Shown piece by piece: positions 35,799-47,000 of a stretch of 64,000 nucleotides of DNA. Position 1 is the first letter of the stretch, and each line of letters begins with the position of its first letter. The DNA is from Ramazzottius varieornatus (taxonomy: Eukaryota; Animalia; Tardigrada), in contig BDGG01000016.1 in NCBI GenBank assembly GCA_001949185.1, forward strand, positions 961,432 to 1,025,431, given 5' to 3'. The translations under genes and the position numbers were made by a program. Below the pieces are notes generated by a model. It saw only the letters and a list, made by a program, of their open reading frames with translations, searched no databases and was not told where the DNA came from.

Positions 35799-38278
35799 AA
35801 GTTGTGGTGCACATTGGTTGCTTCTTCGTGATTTGGCAGTGAGGTTAAATTTATGGACTGTCGATGTCTACCGGCAGTTCGAAGTCAGCTTATTACTGCG
35901 GAATCGAGCGGTAAATGCCTCCAAGGCGTATGAAATAATCGCCGCATGCACCTTACATCGCGCATACAGCAAATAACACGGTCGACTTCGACGTCGTTAC
36001 GCAAAGTACTTTTGGAAAACTCGAACTGAGGTCTCTGACAAGTGAAGTCATCGTTCGGTTGAAAGTTAGCGTTTTTTTCCTTCTTCGCCACCCGCCGCCG
36101 TAAATCTCGTTTGGCATTCCGCAAGCTAAGAACATATCAGAAGGTAAAGCCCATACCTGTTGCTTTTCTTACGCAACATGGCTTCTTCTCTCTTATGTGC
36201 ACCTTTTTGCACGGGGAAGTTCCTTGGCTGTGTAAACGGATGAACTTTCTTGTGATCCGAAGAGACATCGAGAAGGAAGGAAGACTTTCCTTTTGATGAT
36301 GGGTCAGTTCAGCTAGCTCATCCATCCGCCCCGCTGATTGTCAGTCTGCGCTGCCGTCATTAACGACATAGTACCTCTATTGTTATACCTGCCTACCCGA
36401 ACTCGGAAGTCGAACGATGTCTGCATACCTGCACGGTAAAGGCCGATCGGTTTATGCTACTGTCCAGCCATACTCTTTGATGTGCTTGGAGCAGTGCATG
36501 AGCACACTGCCCGGAAGCAATAGGTCATTTCCTTCGATTCCATCGTCAGCTTTCGCTTCCTTCTCGCATTGCAACACTACACCTTCTTCACTTTCATAAC
36601 TTGACTTTGGGAGATAGTGCTCTTCAAGTCTGGCTTTAATCACGGTGTTTGGAACCGCACAGCGGAACGTCCGCGTCCCTTTTGATACCTCCTCCCAGTT
36701 CAACGCTTGGATGGTCTTCCCTTCGACCAACTTGCGCAGTTTCGGGAGCTGTGCAGCAAGTAAGTTCGATGTCTTCCCTCATAGCCGAACATATGCGCCG
36801 CGTTCATCAGGATTTTCGATAAGCGTAAGACATTTCAAAGTGTATTTTGAGATAATGTCCTCGACGCAAAGCTCACAGGTTTTCCCTTCTGTAATTTTTT
36901 AACATGTTTTGTATGAGCCATTACCCTGTGTTTTATGGTTTCAAGTGATACCCGCCGCGGTGATACGAAGAACTCGACCTGATTAGACGTCTGGCGGTTC
37001 ATGCTCTGGTGAAGGTTCGTTAACTTCTGATGGCCGCGTTTCTTCACATTCCCTACTTTGTCTATGGAAATCCAAGCGAACGGTGTTGTAGAAATTCCGG
37101 TTCTTGCACTGATGGTTAATTGAATCAACACAGCAGGGAGATGTCCGAAATATCCTACTGAATGCTTTTGCGGGTTCTCTGGAGGAACTCTGAATTTTTA
37201 TCGGTGCAGGTTGGGAACCTTGGCTCACATTGACATCTCCTGGTTGCTCCAGACGGACCCGGAAGTGGGGACCCAGCTTGCTATAATGTCGTGGGCAGGG
37301 TGGAAGCTTCCTGTTTGAATGTTTCTAGAATTAATAGGAACTTCTAACCGTGCTCACGAACTAGCGGCGCGCAAGCCATGTTTCCACGTCTCTTTATCGA
37401 CGGCCCCATTGTCCGAAATACGGCGTTACTCGCAGATACGAAGAAAGATTTCATGTTTTGGAAGCTGGAAAGTAGATGACCCATCGAGTACCGACAGCTT
37501 TAAAATTCCTGAATTTCATCTTGTATGCTTTACGGACAATTCCAGCAAAGTTTCTACGTCTGCCCTGAAGTCAGAACTGAATGACGAAAATACGTCTACA
37601 GTTTTAGCTGTTTGGGATCAGCGTAAACGTGGTAAAAGCTGGCATAAATTGAGGGAGCGAGAAAGTGAAGGATATTCTTTGTTTCCTACAACTTTGCGCT
37701 GCTTGAAGCTCGAGGTTTCTCGCTTCTTCCGCGTTTGCCAATTTCTGGCACGGTTACACTGGGACACGGGTACAAGGCGCAGAAACATGGAAAGAGCTAC
37801 CGTATGGGAACAGGTAGGTGCACCTCGCCGTCGATAATAGATGGCAAAATCGATTATGATGGCATTTGGAATGCTGGATGACAGGTAGACAGACATTAGT
37901 TATTCGAATGCGGCAGCCAAAGAAGCATAGTCGTCGGAAATTGCCACAGCATCTACGGGAGAACGGCGGACAAAAGCTGACAGACGAGACTAATGCCTGC
38001 CTCGCGGCTTTAATTGCTGCAAACCGGTGTGTTTCTTCGACAGAGACTGCTTCTTCGCATTTCTTATCTGGCCAATGGTATAAGATAAACTATCAAAGAC
38101 TGTCTAAATGACTCCCAACTACCTTACAAGCACGGATGAAAAGCTGAGCAAAAGAACTTCCAGTTCTCTTCTAGTGAAGCTGTTCGACTCGGCAAAGTTC
38201 GAAAAACCTCCTTTGGGGAAAACATAATCATAAAAGAAGTGAGGGCAGCGTAATGAATGGAATACCAAACATAATCTG

Positions 38279-38401
38279 GAAGCTCGGCAGACAGACGTAC
38301 AAAGTCGTTTTCCCAAGGGGCGCACGTGTACATTGTTATTGGCTGGAAGCTTGCGCCACCTGTGAGAAACGGTCTTGTCAAGTTTGTTCGCCGAGGTCCC
38401 C
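38279..38401. mobile_element. Palindromic element just 3' of HADH
   Basis: Core plus arms. Confidence 0.8.
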
Positions 38402-38466
38402 CTACTGATTCAGACATAAAAACTCTCTGGGCTAAAGTATTTAAAGAAGTAAAACAGGAAAATAAG

Positions 38467-40092
38467 TTATTTTTTCGAAGCTTTGGCGGGATATTCATGA
38501 AATCCGGCGCCCGATTTCCTTCCCAGTTTGCCAGCTTTGACTAAGCTATCCAGCATAGCAACAGGTTTGAAGAGTGGTTGGTCAGGTTCCTTCTGATGCC
38601 AGCCTTCAGAAGAACAACAAGAAAGTTGGCAGCCATCGCAGTTTAGTGGCAGTGATTAATGAGTATGCCTTACCATCAACAATCATCTTGCAGACATCTA
38701 ATCCAACAAAGTCCGCCAGTTCTAAAGGACCCATAGGATAGCCGGCACCCAGTTTCATGGCCGTATCGATGTCTTCCGCACTGGCATCACCTCGCTCTAA
38801 CATGCGTATGGCTTCCATCATATAGGGAACCAGTAACCGATTCACTATGAAACCTGGAGTATCCTGCAAGAACAGTCCCGAGTTCAAGTAACACCACTGT
38901 CACTGGTATCACGGAAAGATGCGGGAAAAAGATGGTTGACTAGAAGCTCAGCAAACAAACTGGACAAGATGGTTTCCCAGGTGGCGCACGTTGTGGATGT
39001 TATGGGCCGAAAATGTGTGCCACTCGAGAAAAAACCCACTAGTCCAGTTCCCAAGTGGCACACGCTTCCAGTGTTTTCCAGTGTTTTCGGGTAGAGATGT
39101 ACGCCACTTGGAAGAAATAATCTTGTCGAGCGCATTACCTACTACATTATGGCATATGTAATGTCATATGGACATGTTGTGTATGTGTTAAGTCATAACG
39201 TGACAGTCTTCCTGACAATGAATCTTGTTTCCTGTCCGGCTTACCTTGCACGCGACGGGAGTTTTGCCGACTTTCTCTCCGTACTCCATCAAAGCGTTGA
39301 ATGTAGAATCACTGGTATCTTCTATCCTGACGACTTCGACAAGTTTCATAATGGGAACCGGACTGAAGAAATGAAGGCCACCAAAGCGGTCTTTCCTGCT
39401 TGTTGCTTCGGCGATCTCGGAGATGGACAAGGAGGAAGTGTTACTGGCGAAGATCGTGTGCCTGCAAACACAGACATGCATCTAGGTGACGGGCAAAATT
39501 TTTACGCACAAGACACAGCAGAATAGGATCTAGGAAGGCATACCTGGGTGCGGCCTTATCCAGGCTGCTAAACAAATTCTTCTTTACATCCATATTCTCC
39601 ACGATGGCTTCTATTACCAAGTCTGCGTGCTGGACTGCAGCTTGGGCATCCGTCGATGTTTCTATCCTTTGCAGGGCATCACTGACATATAATTCTCCTT
39701 TCTGCAAGGAGAGAGGATCGCTGCGCACACGCTCGTGCCAGTTAGAGCAGGGTGTAAGAATGAACTCACTTCCGGTGCGTCTGCGAACTTCTTCTTAGCA
39801 ATCTTTCCCAGGTTTGTTTCGATTCCAGTCAAGGCCTTCTTCAAAACATCCGTCGACTGATCGATCAGCGTGACTTTCACTCCAGCAGCAGCGGATACCT
39901 GCACATGGAATAATGATGTAGACTCAGTTGACAACAGAAACCCCCATAAGTGAGCTAATGGATAGACTGTATTCGCACAATCAACTGTACCTGTGCGATC
40001 CCCGATCCCATCAAACCTCCGCCGACGACTAACACATTGCCTATCGTTGCCTTCTTGGAGTAGTACCGAACCGACTGATGGGGCAAATACAT
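38467..40092 (-). CDS. HADH: Mitochondrial 3-hydroxyacyl-CoA dehydrogenase (start may extend slightly upstream)
   Basis: [84 protein letters not shown]. Confidence 0.95.
38943..39130. mobile_element. Palindromic element, 2-hairpin array, HADH intron
   Basis: Two cores. Confidence 0.8.
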
Positions 40093-40730
40093 GGTTGCGG
40101 AGACTGGAGAACAGCACCCAAGTTGGGCAAAGCACAACCTGCAAGAAACAGCAGCAGTGAATGACAGGTCACCCACCGGCTGAGCCAGTGAATGAACTTA
40201 CACAGCACTCACCTATACACGCTTCTTGTCTGCTGGTCACCGCTTGTCCGCACGAATACTACACAGGATTGCTAGATCGACCGGGACAGGACCAGCTCGT
40301 AGACATCGAGGAGGATCTGCTAATAGTAAAAAGAAATATGTAGCAAATTCGACTAGTCCAGGAATTGATTTTGATCTCGAAGTCGGGGAAACTACTGGGC
40401 TGTACTGTTGCGTATGGCTCGCCAAACAAGGTTTTGTTTCGTAAATGGTTACCGTCACGTACTGCACACCGTTTCCCCTGCCCGTGCCTGCCGCCCCAGA
40501 GATTGGAGGCTCACTTCAATCTGTAAAGCATCCGGAAACAAAAAAAAATTAATGTGTTTTGTTGTGGTTTCCAATTCTTGCTTTCTTTACGTTTGTTGCC
40601 CTGAAGGCGCTTTGTTCATGCTCCTGTTTAGAGCAGTATTCGGATGTATCATTCGGGCGGGAGCGAGGAAAGCGCTTGCTCTGCAACTACGTAGCGGAGA
40701 CCGTCGAGCTAAGCGTATGTTTGGTGAAAG

Positions 40731-41967
40731 ATGTTTCTCGTAGGTTTGACAGGAAGCATTGGCACAGGCAAATCTACCATCAGCCAGATTCTCCTCAGCC
40801 TCGGAGTACCGATCATCGACGCCGATGCGATCGCCCGTGATGGTAAGAGGTATCAGCAAGTTCAGCAACTTGATCAGAGCAAACTCTATTCTCGTTCAAG
40901 CACAGTTGTCGGCAGATTCAGTTTGTGGGGAATTAATCGTCCATTGCTTTCGCAGTTGTGCTACCTAACACGAAAGCCTGGAAGAGGATCCGTGACAGTC
41001 CCGTCTTCGGTCCCGAGTACTTCACAGCAGAAGGTGAGCTGGACAGGAATGCAGTCGCGAAGAAAGTCTTCGCTGATGAGAACAGCCGCATCCACCTCGA
41101 GCGTATTGTCCATCCGGAAATCCGCGCCGAGATGATCCGGAAGATTATACGCCATGCATTCCAAGGTATTCTTACAGACATCATACAGTCTCGACCAAAA
41201 TGGCATATCGGTTACAAACCTGAAATATACTGTGGTTGAAAAGGCACAACCGCAATCGGTTTTTGATTTTGCTGAACGGAGTTTATTCTTCAGGTCGGCA
41301 TTTCGTGGTCCTCGATGTTCCTCTTCTCTTCGAAAAGTCGCCGCTGTTGCCATTCTGCCACAAAGTCATCGTTGTCACATGGTACGGTTCTCTCCCGGAG
41401 AGATTCTTGCGCGGTTCCCTAATCTCAAACTTCAAAAAATATCTTTCCCTTTTTTGCCATCCACAAGTGGGATAAGGTTGATGAACAATCTGGATTGGAT
41501 CATGGTTTCCAAATGGCGCACGCTTCCAGCCAATACGGCGGCAAACGTGCGCCGTTCTGCGCCGTGCCGAGCTTCCAAAATTAATGATAGTGACGTTTTT
41601 TCCTTTCTCGTTATTTTGCTGATGTTGAATCAAGAAAAACGAGCTTTCTTTTCGTAACGGGTAGTCTTCTTTCAGTTCGAGGCAGAAACAGATTGAACGA
41701 GTGAAGATACGTTCGAAATGGACGGACGAGGAAATAATTCGGCGGACCGACACTCAAATGCCACAAGATGAGAAGATAAAGCGAGCGAACTACGTGATAG
41801 ACAACAACGGAACCATCAGCCAGACTGAAGTACAAGTCAAGAAGATTTATGCCTTACTAAAGGCCTCAAAATTCCACTGGATAGTTCGCGGAGTGTTCGC
41901 GACGGGAGTACTGCTGCTTGTCGGGTCGATATGGGCCTTCGTTGCTTTCATTCGTTGGATACTCTGA
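40731..41967 (+). CDS. DCAKD: Dephospho-CoA kinase domain-containing protein
   Basis: [17 protein letters not shown]-loop, [39 protein letters not shown]-terminal TM. Confidence 0.94.
41480..41577. mobile_element. Palindromic element (right arm partly deleted), DCAKD intron
   Basis: AATGGCGCACG..AGCCAATA..CGTGCGCCGTT. Confidence 0.75.
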
Positions 41968-42384
41968 CTTCCTCGGTACAAAGTGTTTGCATTTCGGTTT
42001 ACGACCTTCTCTGGAAAGCCAGCTAGAATACCCTTCTTGGACGTTGTAACCAATTAGCAAACATGATGGAAGATGCTTTTGCAGTTTTACTTTTTATTTA
42101 AAGGTTTCTGACTGAAAAACATCATTTGTTAGAACTATCATACAGTGTCCAGCCATTTCATATGACTTGTCGGAGTTTCCCACGGTGAACGTCATAAATT
42201 GTTTTTCCCCAAAGTGGACAAAGATTATCCCGCAGTTTTTTCTTTGTATTGTAGCCCCAACACTATTCTTTCATACCACTTCTACAGTAATCAAATTCGT
42301 CGTAACTGCGAGTTCGCAAAAATAATGTCGTCGACGCCAAATTTTTTGACAAATTTTACCTTAAGCAAAAAAATCATTTTCTTG

Positions 42385-42467
42385 TCCAAGTTTGTGCTTC
42401 AAGTTTGTGAATCGCAAAATAAGTTGTGAAAATAAGTTGTAAATCCAAGTTTGTGAATCGCAAAATA
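42385..42467. repeat. Short direct repeats (CAAGTTTGTGAATCGCAAAATA x2 plus partial copies)
   Basis: 22-mers at ~42400-42421 and ~42446-42467. Confidence 0.75.
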
Positions 42468-43529
42468 TCGCTAACGTAAGCTCAGGCCATGGGCTCTCAA
42501 ACAATTTGTCAGAAGTTCCGCAGAAAAGTTTGGGTTGTGAGATGATCAGATGGACGATCGGCACAGACCTTCAAGCGGAAGACGGGCTTTTCTTTGAAAT
42601 CAAGAAAGCACCCATGTATGTCCGGCTTCGTGTAAAAATACCTTACAGTTTAGTCTGCCTACCCATGCCATGCAGTTTTCAGGCAACAGGCAGGGAAAGA
42701 AGAAAGAAACTAAAGCCTTTCTACCCCGCTAAATGGCGCAGCGACCATGTGGTTTTTTCGAATTCTTTTTTCAAAAACTGAGCGAGCCAAGTCCAGAAGT
42801 GTTTGGCGATGGTCTGATAACGTAAGACCTCGGCTTTCAAAAAACCAGTGCACTTCTCTCGTCATTTAATGAATTCGAGGGAGACAAAAATGGGAAAACG
42901 CGGAAGAAATTACGAAAGAAGAAATAAATCTAAACAGAAACTTGCCGAACGAAACGGCAGCTTAAGGCTCAGAAGGTAATTTACTTCCTTCCGATGACCT
43001 TCTGCTCGAAAACTATCTCTGGCATTTGTCCACAGAGCGCACTGAGGATCCAGCATATCCAACATGAGCACGTTATCTTGGGGAAATTGTAGAATTTTCA
43101 TGCACGACGGACCAGCCGGTAGACCGTGAGTTCGCTGATTTGCTCACACCTATATTCTCCAGGAGGTTTTTCCCGGAGTTGTTATGACTCGGTGCCATGT
43201 TTTCTCTCGGGCTGACCTGCGACTAGGGGACCGACGTCTTTAGGATTTTCCGTTTGCTGAAAGCTTCAGTTAAACGCCGTCTTTTCCTCTTCTCCGGAAA
43301 GATACTGATGTTTTTAGAGGAGCGCAAGTGGATTTCTCAAAGATCACGGCATTCCGGATCCTCGTTCTTTTGGCCACTGGTCGCGCCCTTCTTGCCCAGA
43401 TTGAAACACCAGTCTCCTCACAAAAGTGCCAAAACCTCGTGAAAACTGAAAATGCTGCCAGCCTGGTGAGCACTCCCCTGGCTGCAAGTGGCAAGCGGAT
43501 GGAGCCGTCCGAGCGATGTCAGCGGTCAC

Positions 43530-43784
43530 TGACGTCATGCTATGACGTTAACTAAACTAGCTTCCGGTGCGTCGATTTAATCAGAACTTGTCAACTTTTC
43601 GCTCTTCCACGATCCACGTTGCGTTGTTTGGATTCCTCTCGCAGTAATCTTTCTGTTTGGCCAGGTTCAATCGTTACTGAGTTACTGGCTGGAAGCAAAC
43701 TTGTGCCCTGCTGGCCAGCTGTTTGGCCAGACCCGAAGGAAGCGCATCTTTGACTACAACAGGTCGACCATTTGGTGACGTGGA
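43530..43784 (+). promoter_or_regulatory. CRE/UPRE-like motifs at the SEC24C/D 5' end
   Basis: TGACGTCA 43530-43537, TGACGTTA 43543-43550, TGACGTGGA 43776-43784. Confidence 0.4.
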
Positions 43785-44007
43785 ACAGTAAGGTAGGAAT
43801 GCCCATCGATGCTCAAAGATGGATTACGTTACATTATCTGTTGCAGACCCATCTTCGTAAAGGAGGAAATCGGTAGGGATTTCCATAGAATCAACATATG
43901 GAATTTCTGAAGATCTGTTCGCGGATTGGACAAGGAGACCTTTGAAGCAGACAAGAAGTTCCCGAATTTCCCATCGCCACGTAAGAATCCTCCATCATTC
44001 CTTCACC

Positions 44008-47000
44008 ATGTTACCGAACGGTCACCAACCTCAGCAGTACATACCTGCGCCTGGAGCTCATCAGACCAATCCAGCTGCAATGATGAACGGCGTGGCGGGT
44101 GCTCAGAGTGGACCGACTTCCAACTTGAACAATGCTTTCTCTAGCATTGGCCTATCCGACGCCAAACCGGTCGTTCCTGCCATGCCTCAGTTCCGACCCA
44201 ACCTCCCGGTGTTCCGTCCTCCGGGAGCGACACAGCCCAACCAGCCGCACGCGATGCAGAATGGTGGAGTAGCTTCAGCAAACCCGAACTATCCCACACA
44301 GGCACATCAGCAAGCACAACAAGCCAATCAACAGCGTTTCAATCAACAACCACAACAAACCAATCCACAGCCATTCAATCAAGCGACTCAACCCATTCAC
44401 GGTGGACAACCAGGAACTTTACCGTCGTTCGGCCAGCCTGGACAGGCCAGATTCCAGCCGTCTCCGTCTTTTCCAGCATCTTCCAGTACGCAAAACCCTC
44501 CGATGGCTTCTTCGTTTAATCCGGGGATGGCTTCCAGTCAGGGAACGACGAATTCAACGATGAATGGACCTTCCATGCCACAGTTCTCCGCTGCTCAACC
44601 GAACGCATCCACAGCTGGACAGGGACAGTCGTTCTACCCTCCGAACCCTTCCACGAGCTCTTTCCAACCCCCACAGCACACCGTAGGTGCTTTTAACCAT
44701 GCTCACTTTCCTGAGCTGCTAATTGGATTTTTGCGCGTTTCAGTTCCAGCCATCGCAGCCAGGAATGCCTCCGCAGCCAAACAGCTTCGCACCTCCCGGC
44801 GCGCAGGGCTTCAACGCTCCACAACCCGGAAGTTTTGGTGCTCCTCCGCAGATGTCTCACGCAAGCCTCGGGGGACAAATGCCGCTGTCGAATGGGTCGT
44901 TTCCTCCGGTAAGAATTGTTATATCCGGGAGAAGGGCAAACGAAACGTGTACGATCGTTATTTCGAGTGGCGCACACTGCCGGCCAATAACGATGAAAAC
45001 GTGCGCCATATGAGATAACGGTCTTGTAAGTTGCGTAACTGTCGTTGGCCGATCCCCCATGGAAAGGTTTTTCTCTACTGGGTGTTTTCTTAGGCTGGAA
45101 GTTCGATGTCGTATGCGGGCGGACAGATTCCCGGCCAGCCTCCGAGCATTGCGGCTGGCTTCCCGACTGGTCTTCCAGGCGCACCCGCAATGATGCCTGG
45201 AATGGGCATGGGGGGAGGACCACCAGGTCCGCCACGAATGTCAGGCATGCCCGGAATGCCCTTGCCACCCAACAACATGCAAGGAGGTCTTCCACAGCAG
45301 CAGATGGGACAACCGATGGGTCAGTCTGGTTACACCAACGGTCCGACCGGCATGAACAACAGGAGTACACCGGCCTTGTCCCTCGACTCACTTCCCAGCG
45401 TGGTATGCTCACCTCTTTTCTTCATACTTAAATCAGGTCAACTTTCAAGTAGGTGAATCTTCGTAGGTGGATGTTCTGGAGAAGGATGTGGCCCTGCATG
45501 CCAACAGCTACTACGAAAGCCGGCTGAACTCCGTACTTCCGCCTCTCGTCACCAGTAAAGTTCGCTCGGTGGACTATGGTAACTCTGTACCTGAACTTCT
45601 GCGTTCTTCCTTGTACGCTGCCCCGTGTACCGCTAACTTGCTGAAAGAGTCCGGTATACCTTTCGTCTTACACATCCAACCCATGGCCGAGTAAGTCCAA
45701 CCATTCATCGCATGCTCGTATTGGAAGTTTGAGGTGCGAAATTCTATCGTTTTTCTTTCTCGTTGCAGGCTAGCAATCGACGCACCCCCGATCCACATCG
45801 TCAACCATGGCGAGAAAGGACCGGTGCGATGTAACCGATGTAAAGCGTACATGTCGCCTTACATGAAGTTCATCGATGGAGGACGAAAGTAAGGGAATGT
45901 TATTCCGGTGATCGGCAGGAAAACTCGGCCAAATCGATTTTTTCTAAGTGGCGCATGCCTGCCATCAATATCACTGAAACCGTGCGCCACCTCGAAAAAC
46001 GATCTGGTTGGGTTCGTTTGTTGGGTTCCCACCTAGTCCGTTCAGAATGGTGTCGAATTTGCTGTGAAGAATGCTTTGCGTAGGTTCCAGTGTCCCTTCT
46101 GTCTGATTTCCACCGATGTTCCCCAAGAATACTTTGCCTACTTGGACTCTGAAGGTCGTCGTGTAGATTGCATGCAGAGACCCGAATTGTGTCTCGGCAC
46201 GTACGAGTTCTTAGCGACAAAAGACTACTGCCGGAACGAGAAGCTGCCTGAAGCGCCGGCATTCATCTTCATGATTGACGTCAGCTACCGCGCCGTTTCT
46301 TCCGGCTTCACCGCTCTGCTGTGCCAAATGCTCCGAAACGAACTCGACTCGCTTCTTCCGGTCGAACCCAACGGCGAAGAGTCCAAACTGCGCGTTGGCA
46401 TCGCCACCTTTAGCGACAGCGTCAACTTCTTCAACCTGAAGGTTCGAAATTTGTTATCAGTTGACGAAACACTGGAGAAAAGTGTCTATATATATTGAAC
46501 TTTATATATATATATATATAAAGTTCAATCTCGAATTTAGTACTGAAAGAAATGTGAGCTCGATAAAAAAAGTCGACAGTGTCATTTTCCCGAGTGGTGC
46601 ATGCTTCAGTGTTACCGGTTGGAACTTGGAAGACGCAGTCGAGTTCGATCACAAGTGGCGCAAGCTGTCGATGTTATCGGCTGGTAACGTGCGCCGCTTC
46701 GGATACCGATTTCGTCATGTCTCCTTGCCCAGGTCCCAAATGAATTTACGTCAAATGAAATTACTATGCTCGTGCTAAAAGAGGTCTAGGGAACCCAAAA
46801 GCAAGGGATTCTTTTTCGAATATTGATTCCATGAACTATGGTGTATAGGAAATTTTATCGTAGGCTGGGTTGAAGCAACCGACGATGATGACGGTAAACG
46901 ACTTCTCCGACATGTTCGTCCCGCTCGTCGACGGTTTCCTTGTTCGGCCCGAAGAAAGTCCCAGAATGCTGGAAAGTCTTCTCGACATCATCCCGCAAAT

